From an uncultured delta proteobacterium (lineage in GTDB: Bacteria > Desulfobacterota > Binatia > Binatales > Binataceae): a DNA stretch of 64,000 nt. The DNA is taken from NCBI GenBank assembly GCA_963724765.1, contig CAVRVY010000002.1, positions 256,001 to 320,000 of the forward strand, written 5' to 3'. The notes beneath the pieces are model-generated. The model worked only from the letters and a program-made list of their open reading frames with translations. It ran no database searches and was not told where the DNA came from. A program made the translations under genes and the position numbers. Below, in pieces: positions 57,953 through 64,000 of the stretch (the first letter of the stretch is position 1; the number at the start of each line of letters is the position of its first letter).

Positions 57953-59098
57953 ATGCCGATGAATCGCCGACTACTGCTCGCGGCCGCGATGCTGCTTAGC
58001 GTATCGTCAGCCTGGGCCATCCAGTTGCCTTCGGAACACACGATCGGTCGGATCGAAGCGGTGTTCGAGTTTCAGGGCGCGATGCCGACGGGTGTGAGCG
58101 TCGCGCCCAACGGACGCATCTTCGTAAACTTTCCGCGCTGGGGCGACGACGTGCCGTTCACGGTCGGTGAAATCCGCAACGGCCGTCTCTTTGCCTATCC
58201 CGACGCGGAGGTGAATCGCGCGGACAAGGCGCGCCCCGCCAAGACCTTCATCAGCGTGCAGAGCGTGGTGGCCGACGCGCGCAATCGGCTGTGGGTCCTG
58301 GACACCGCGGCGCCGAATTTCAGCGAACCGGCGCCGGGCGGCGCGAAACTCGTCGCCGTCGATCTCGCGACCAACCGGATCTCCGAGACGATCGTGTTTC
58401 CACCCGACGTCGCCCTGCCCAAAACCTATCTCAATGACGTGCGCTTCGACCTGCGCCAAGGCAAGGAGGGCGTCGCCTATATTACGGATTCCGGAACGGG
58501 AGCGCTGATCGTCGTGGACCTCGCCTCGGGCGAAGCCTGGCGCCGCCTCGCGAATCATCATTCGACCAAGGCTGATCCCGCATTCGTGCCAATCGTAGAG
58601 GGAGAGACGCTGATGGTGCGGCCGCCGAACGGTCCGCCGCAGCCGTTCGCCGTTCCTGCGGACGGAATCGCGCTGTCGGCCGACGGCGCGACACTTTACT
58701 ATTGCCCGCTGTCGAGCCGCCATCTGTTCAGCGTGCCCACGGCATACCTGCGCGATCGCTCGGTGCCGGAAGAGCAGGTCGCGGCGGCGGTGGCGGACCT
58801 CGGGGAAAAAGGAGCCTCCGACGGACTCGAGGCCGACGCGCAGGGCCGCATCTATGCCGGCGACTACGAGCACGACGCAATCCGCCGGCGTTTGCCTGAT
58901 GGGACCTGGGAGACGATCGTGCACGACCCGCGCGTGCTATGGCCGGATACGCTTTCGGTCGGGCCCGACGGCTGGCTCTACTTCACCGCTAATCAGTTGG
59001 AGCGCGGGGTGCGCTTCCACGGCGGCCACGACCTGCGGCAAAAGCCGTATACGCTGTTCCGGGTGAAGATCGGTGGGAGCCCGGTCGCTCTGAAGTGA
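57953..59098 (+). CDS. Major royal jelly/yellow family beta-propeller protein
   Basis: GRIFVNFPRW, SVQSVV, LWVLDT, YLNDVRFD, DGIALS, WPDT. Confidence 0.88.
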   Translation: MPMNRRLLLAAAMLLSVSSAWAIQLPSEHTIGRIEAVFEFQGAMPTGVSVAPNGRIFVNFPRWGDDVPFTVGEIRNGRLFAYPDAEVNRADKARPAKTFISVQSVVADARNRLWVLDTAAPNFSEPAPGGAKLVAVDLATNRISETIVFPPDVALPKTYLNDVRFDLRQGKEGVAYITDSGTGALIVVDLASGEAWRRLANHHSTKADPAFVPIVEGETLMVRPPNGPPQPFAVPADGIALSADGATLYYCPLSSRHLFSVPTAYLRDRSVPEEQVAAAVADLGEKGASDGLEADAQGRIYAGDYEHDAIRRRLPDGTWETIVHDPRVLWPDTLSVGPDGWLYFTANQLERGVRFHGGHDLRQKPYTLFRVKIGGSPVALK

Positions 59099-59139
59099 TG
59101 GCGCCGCGCGAGTCGCGATGAGCCGTCGCGCGGCTTCGC

Positions 59140-60591
59140 TCAGCCAGCGGCCAGCACCGCGCGCGCCTCCTGCTCGACCGCCGTTCCCTTGAAGAAATCG
59201 GGATTGTTGGCCGCCCACAGCCTGACCGGGTTGGCGAATACGAAATCGCGGAAGTCCGATTCACTTATCAGTTCTTCGTCCACCAGCTCCCAGGCCTCGG
59301 TCAGCACCTTGGTCATGTCCGGGACGTCGAAGTGGCCGATATCGGAGCCGAAGACCGCATTGAGCCGGGCGCGGTACGGGTTGGCCTTCGTATTGAAGGC
59401 CCATGCGTTGGCCGCGTCGTCCGCTTCGCAGCCGAAGTAAAAGTTGGGAATGAACAGATCGCGGATCTGGTCGGCGCGCTCGATCGCGCAGGCCTCGAAG
59501 TCGTCAAGCGACGCGGTGGGGTCGGCAGTCCGCGGGGAGTACGCCTCACCCTCGATTTTCCAGCGCTCCAGCTTGTCGGCGAGCGCCTTGCCGCCGTAGC
59601 GCTGGAACAACTGGGCCAGCATCTCGCGGTTGAGATTGGCGGGGTCGATGTCCTCGAGCGCCTTGGGGTTGCGTTTTTTCCAATGGCCGATCAGATCGCT
59701 GTAAAGCCCGCAGGCCCATCCCACGCCGCCCTCCAGGAAGGCGAACTTCAACTTCGGAAAGCGCCGCGTCACGCCGCCCAGGAACAGCGCCTTGCAGATA
59801 GCCTCGCCAGCCACGCCGAAGTGCCCGATATGGTTGTACACCGCGTTCGACGGCGAGATGCGCGTGCCGACGCCCTTGGAAACCGTGTGAAAGGTGGGCG
59901 CGACGCCAAGTTCCTGGCACTTCGCCCACACCGGGTCGTAGTCGTATTCGCTGTCAAGCGCGAGCATGTCGAGCCACAGCGCGTATGGATTGGGCTCGCC
60001 GCCGGGACCGACCGCCGCGCGAATCGGGCGGCGCAGCAGGCTCGGCATCATCGCGACCTTGAGCCCCAGGTTCTTGACCGCGTACTCCAGTTCGACGATC
60101 GCCTCCTTAGGCGTGTACATCGGAATCATCGCCACCGGCGTGAGCCGATCGCTGAACTCGCGGAACTGCTCGGCCGAGAACCGGTTAAACGCGCGACAGG
60201 TCGCCTTGCGCGTTTCCTCGTCCGCGATGAACGGGATGCGGAGCGCCGCGGTCGGATAAAGCACCGCGAAATCCATCCCCATCTCGCCGAGCCGCTGGTA
60301 CAGCAGCTTCGGCAGCATCGCGGTCGCGCGGTCGAGCGTGTTCCTGGTCGGCACGCCCCACCATATCGGCTGGTCCAGCCGGCGCTCGCGCCGTTCCTTG
60401 AGCGGGACGGTGAGATGCCATCCTTCGTAGGGCCGGTTCTTGAAGCCGTCGGCAGCCCGCGAACCTCCGACCTCCTTGAGGTAGTCCATCAGATCCGGTC
60501 CGAACTCGACCCAGTGGCCGTCGGAATCGATCACTGGATGTTTTAGACGAGCCCGCAGGGCAGCCGATTCGGAACCTTGATTCGTCGACAT
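59140..60591 (-). CDS. Amidohydrolase family protein
   Basis: IDSDGH, LYPT, FAFLEGGVGW, FGSDIGHFD. Confidence 0.88.
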   Translation of the reverse strand: MSTNQGSESAALRARLKHPVIDSDGHWVEFGPDLMDYLKEVGGSRAADGFKNRPYEGWHLTVPLKERRERRLDQPIWWGVPTRNTLDRATAMLPKLLYQRLGEMGMDFAVLYPTAALRIPFIADEETRKATCRAFNRFSAEQFREFSDRLTPVAMIPMYTPKEAIVELEYAVKNLGLKVAMMPSLLRRPIRAAVGPGGEPNPYALWLDMLALDSEYDYDPVWAKCQELGVAPTFHTVSKGVGTRISPSNAVYNHIGHFGVAGEAICKALFLGGVTRRFPKLKFAFLEGGVGWACGLYSDLIGHWKKRNPKALEDIDPANLNREMLAQLFQRYGGKALADKLERWKIEGEAYSPRTADPTASLDDFEACAIERADQIRDLFIPNFYFGCEADDAANAWAFNTKANPYRARLNAVFGSDIGHFDVPDMTKVLTEAWELVDEELISESDFRDFVFANPVRLWAANNPDFFKGTAVEQEARAVLAAG

Positions 60592-60741
60592 CGTGGCGTC
60601 CTCCAGTTAGACCACGTCATCTAGCCGCAGCCGGGCCACGCTGTCCAGACTAGCGGGCCCTCGTGGAACTCCACAGCGAGCGCAAGCTGTGATACATGGA
60701 GCTCACGCGGCAAACGCGAATCGGCTCGGGAGAGGACAAGC

Positions 60742-61968
60742 ATGACTGGCGCAGATTCAAATTCCGCGATGCTCGCGGGATGCCGGGTTCTCGATTTTAC
60801 CCAGTACCTGGCCGGGCCCACGGTGACCCGGCTGATGGCCGAGATGGGCGCCGACATCATCAAGGTGGAGCTGGCGCCGCTGGGCGATCCGTCGCGGCTG
60901 CTGCCGACGATCAAAAGCGGCCGCAGCGGTTATTTCGTCCAGCAAAATCGGGGCAAGAAAAGCCTCTGCCTGGACCTCAATAAGCCGGAATCGCTCGAGA
61001 TCCTTCGCGCGCTGGTAGCCAAAGTGGATATCGTGGTCGAGAACTTCGGCCCCGGCGTGATGCAAAAGCGCGGCCTGGACTACGATTCGCTCAAGCTAAT
61101 CAATCCGCGCCTCATAATGGCTTCGCTCTCGGCCTTCGGGCGCAAGAGTCCACTCGCGCACAAGACCGGCTACGACATGATCGCGCAGGCTTTTTCCGGC
61201 ATGATGCACATGACTGGCGAGCCCGACGGGGCTCCGACTTTCGTCGGAATCGGCGTCGCCGACACGGGGAGTGGAGTACATACTTTCGCCGCACTGGGAT
61301 ACGCACTGTATAATCGAGAGAGAACCGGCGTCGGACAGTATATAGACATCGCGATGGTCGATACCCTCTACCACATGCACGATTTTGGCTTGCAGAGCAA
61401 TTCCATCACCGATGGCGAGTTCATTCCCAAACGGATGGGCCGCTATCACAACCAGATTTGCCCCGCCGGAGTCTATAAGGGGCCGCAGGGCTGGATATTC
61501 ATCCTGGTGCTCGATCGCCAGTGGGCGAGTATGACTAACGCGATGGGCCGGCCGGAGCTTCGCGACGATCCGCGTTTCGCCACTGGCGCGGATCGGGTGA
61601 AGAACCGCGACGCGCTCAATGCGATCGTCGAGGAATGGCTGGCGTCGCTGCCCAGTGACGATGCCGCGGTGGCTGTGCTCGAGGAAAACCGCGTCGCCTG
61701 CGCCCCTGTGCTCTCGGTCACTGACACGATGAAGCATCCGTACTTCAAGGCGCGCGACATGGTACGCAAGGTGCGCGATCCGATCCTAGGGGAGGTGACG
61801 ATTCCCGGCTTTCCGTTGAAATTTTCGGCTTATCCGGATTTGCCGGACATCCAGGCTCCGCTTTTGGGCGAGCATGGCGCACAGGTGCTCAAGGAAGTGC
61901 TGGACTACTCCGACGAGCGGATTGCCAAGCTCAAGGAGGGCAAAATCCTATTCAGCGGTAATCGATAG
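60742..61968 (+). CDS. CaiB/BaiF class III CoA-transferase
   Basis: VLDF..YLAGP, GADIIKVE, NRGKKS, VENF.PG, GYD. Confidence 0.93.
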   Translation: MTGADSNSAMLAGCRVLDFTQYLAGPTVTRLMAEMGADIIKVELAPLGDPSRLLPTIKSGRSGYFVQQNRGKKSLCLDLNKPESLEILRALVAKVDIVVENFGPGVMQKRGLDYDSLKLINPRLIMASLSAFGRKSPLAHKTGYDMIAQAFSGMMHMTGEPDGAPTFVGIGVADTGSGVHTFAALGYALYNRERTGVGQYIDIAMVDTLYHMHDFGLQSNSITDGEFIPKRMGRYHNQICPAGVYKGPQGWIFILVLDRQWASMTNAMGRPELRDDPRFATGADRVKNRDALNAIVEEWLASLPSDDAAVAVLEENRVACAPVLSVTDTMKHPYFKARDMVRKVRDPILGEVTIPGFPLKFSAYPDLPDIQAPLLGEHGAQVLKEVLDYSDERIAKLKEGKILFSGNR

Positions 61969-62029
61969 CTTCACATCATACGATGTTTATGGAGTCGTGA
62001 ACCAAGAATACACTTTCGACTTGGAAGAA

Positions 62030-63190
62030 TTAGATTGTGTTGGGAGCGACCTTGCCCGCCAGGATGTGGAGCGCCTCGAATAGGTAGTAGCTGCCGAATA
62101 TCAACTCATGCAAGGCTGCTGCGTCGTGACCGCGCGAGTCCGGCCGCTTGTTGAAACATCCTTCGGTGAGAATGCCCGGCACTCTGCGATCGGACGGGCT
62201 GACCGGCGTCAGGTAGCGTTCGACGACTGCGCTTACGGTCGCCTCGCCGTGGCGGCGATAGCCGTGACGCCTTGCCGGATCGGCGAGCGCCGCAAGCTTA
62301 AGCATCGCGCAAGCCATCGCGGCGGTGGCCGCGGTGTCGCGCTCGATCTGTGGGATGCGGGAGTCATCGAAATCCCAGAACGCGACGCGGTCCGACGGGA
62401 CGTGGGCGATCCACCAATCGGCGCCGCGCTCGGCCGCCTGGAGCCATCGCGTCTCGCCAGGCTCGCGGGCATAACTCATCACCGACAGCAACGCGCCCCA
62501 ACTCTGCGCGCGTCCCCAGGTGCTGGTGTCGCTGTATCCCTTGTGAGTGTAGTGCCGAATCATCGCGCCGCTTAGCGGGTCGAGCGAACTTGACTGGATG
62601 AACGATCCGTCGTCGCGCAGATGCAATTCGATGACCCGGCTGGCGTGGCTTCGTGCGGCCTCGCGCATCCTGCCGTCGCCGGTCTCGCGCGCGGCCCACA
62701 GCAGGAAGGGCGAGGCGAAGAGACTGTCGATACTGCTCTCGGCCGGGCCGACCTGCGAACCCTCTTCGGCCTCTGCGCCGAGCGGTATAAGTCCGAGCGC
62801 CGGATTGTACAGGCGCATGAGACTGGCGGCGGCCTCGAGCGCCATTTGTCGTGCGCCGGCGTCGTTCAGCAGAAGGTGGCCGACACTGCCGCCGTAATAA
62901 AAGGGTATCGCCTTGAAGACGCTCGCCGAACCGATCCGCGGGCGCAACCGGGACATCCACTGCCGCGCCCATCGATGGTAACGTTCGTCACCCGTGCCAT
63001 GGCAGGCGAGCCACAGCATCGCGACCCAGAAGCCGCCCGTCCAATCGCCGTCCGCGGTCACGGTCCATTGGCCGCTTGCGGGATCGGCCCAGTGCGGAAA
63101 GCCATCGCCTACGCGCGCGGCCGTGTCGCGCACGCGTGTCAGCATCCTAGCGATCGCCTCGTTCCAAGCTTCGGGTTCCATGCGGGCCAT
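62030..63190 (-). CDS. GH88 (unsaturated glucuronyl hydrolase)-like protein
   Basis: WTGGFW, IDS, H.GY...STW.RAQSW, WDF, D..A.A, FGSYYLFEAL. Confidence 0.8.
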   Translation of the reverse strand: MARMEPEAWNEAIARMLTRVRDTAARVGDGFPHWADPASGQWTVTADGDWTGGFWVAMLWLACHGTGDERYHRWARQWMSRLRPRIGSASVFKAIPFYYGGSVGHLLLNDAGARQMALEAAASLMRLYNPALGLIPLGAEAEEGSQVGPAESSIDSLFASPFLLWAARETGDGRMREAARSHASRVIELHLRDDGSFIQSSSLDPLSGAMIRHYTHKGYSDTSTWGRAQSWGALLSVMSYAREPGETRWLQAAERGADWWIAHVPSDRVAFWDFDDSRIPQIERDTAATAAMACAMLKLAALADPARRHGYRRHGEATVSAVVERYLTPVSPSDRRVPGILTEGCFNKRPDSRGHDAAALHELIFGSYYLFEALHILAGKVAPNTI

Positions 63191-63225
63191 CCTGGTTGCG
63201 ATTGCTTAAGCTCCCGGCCGCGGCG

Positions 63226-63591
63226 CTATTGGCCGAGCAGCTTGCGCAGGACGTCGAAACGCAATTCCTGCTGCGCGCCGAGCCATAGCGCATGCTCGGC
63301 ATGGTCGCGGAATCCGTCGTCGGTGTTGGGATGGATCAGGATTGAGAGCCCGTCGTGATTGATCATCAGCCACGGCACCACCCGTGCGAACTCGCGGATG
63401 GCGAAACTGATCTGGTACATCGGTAGCGGATGCGGTCCGATCGGTTTGTCATGCCAACTGCCCATCGCGACCTCGAATCTTTGCTGGAGCGCCTCGCGCA
63501 ACGCGGCGGCGGCGGCGCGCGAGTCTGCGCCCGAATAATAGACGTGGGCGTGATAGCTTTCGATTTTTGCCGTATCGCTTATGGCTTCCAT
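63226..63591 (-). CDS. DOPA 4,5-dioxygenase family protein
   Basis: YHAHVYY, PIGPHP, LSILIHPNT...DH...ALWLG. Confidence 0.9.
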   Translation of the reverse strand: MEAISDTAKIESYHAHVYYSGADSRAAAAALREALQQRFEVAMGSWHDKPIGPHPLPMYQISFAIREFARVVPWLMINHDGLSILIHPNTDDGFRDHAEHALWLGAQQELRFDVLRKLLGQ

Positions 63592-63617
63592 CGTGTTGTC
63601 TCCGCTTTTCGCGGTTC

Positions 63618-64000
63618 CTACGCGCGCACCTCGATCTCGACGCGGCCGAGCGCGCCGAAATCCGCGACCACCGCCGCCGGCTCCCGCACGAAATGCAATC
63701 CGGTCCAGGTGCCGGTCGCGATTATATCGCCCCCGCCAAGACCGTAGCCGCGCCGCGAAAGCTCGTTGGCGATCCATACGAGCCCGTCGAGCGGATGGCC
63801 GAGCAAGCTGGCGCTCGCGCCGCTTGCGCGCAGCACGCCGCCGATTGAGAGCGTGACTTTGTGCCGGGCCAGGTCCAGGCTCTCCCATTCGTTGACCGGC
63901 GTGCCGGCGACCAGGCCGCCGTGAAAGCCGTTGTCGGCGATAATTTCCTCGATCCGCGCGGCCTTCCAGTTCTCAAGCCGCGTGTCGCAAAGTTCGATCA
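63618..64000 (-). CDS. 2-keto-4-pentenoate hydratase / FAA-hydrolase family, C-terminal part (5' end beyond window)
   Basis: ELCDTR...IADNGFHGGLV.G...LGHPL...W.AN...G...ATGT. Confidence 0.85.
   Translation of the reverse strand, partial: IELCDTRLENWKAARIEEIIADNGFHGGLVAGTPVNEWESLDLARHKVTLSIGGVLRASGASASLLGHPLDGLVWIANELSRRGYGLGGGDIIATGTWTGLHFVREPAAVVADFGALGRVEIEVRA

Noticed and set aside
1-64000. CRISPR array, tRNA, rRNA or integrase att site
   Set aside because: No regularly spaced repeats with unique spacers, no cas or integrase genes, and no recognisable tRNA/rRNA sequence

Overview
GC-rich bacterial chromosomal window; the gene content suggests a soil or aquatic diderm, possibly Candidatus Binatota-like (inference only). 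From left to right it holds: housekeeping and envelope genes (ATP-dependent DNA ligase, hydrolase, GT2-methyltransferase fusion, DD-carboxypeptidase); a truncated IS1595 derivative with cargo; two paralogous DUF2844+DUF3443 pairs, the DUF3443 proteins carrying pepsin-like motifs, flanking glgP; and a candidate structured RNA. Next is a stripped-down Mu-like module (15.8-31.7 kb: repressor, DnaA-domain-IV protein, Mor/C activator, lysis cassette, gp25-27, terminase, portal). It has no transposase, capsid or tail genes and contains host-type repeats, so it may be a domesticated packaging or GTA-like element. An 18-bp palindrome upstream of its endolysin lies in a ~250-bp tandem duplication, and each copy has been hit by a different cargo-carrying IS1595 element. 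Both elements share an unannotated peptide + membrane-protein cassette, and one also carries a HEPN protein. The rest of the window has an acyltransferase, mauB/mauA without mauE/D, a porin-cytochrome c cluster, USP/CBS stress genes, a partial Tad locus, REC/Hpt genes, an aromatic ring-degradation operon and assorted catabolic enzymes. No CRISPR, rRNA or tRNA was seen. All family calls are by motif recognition, without database searches.
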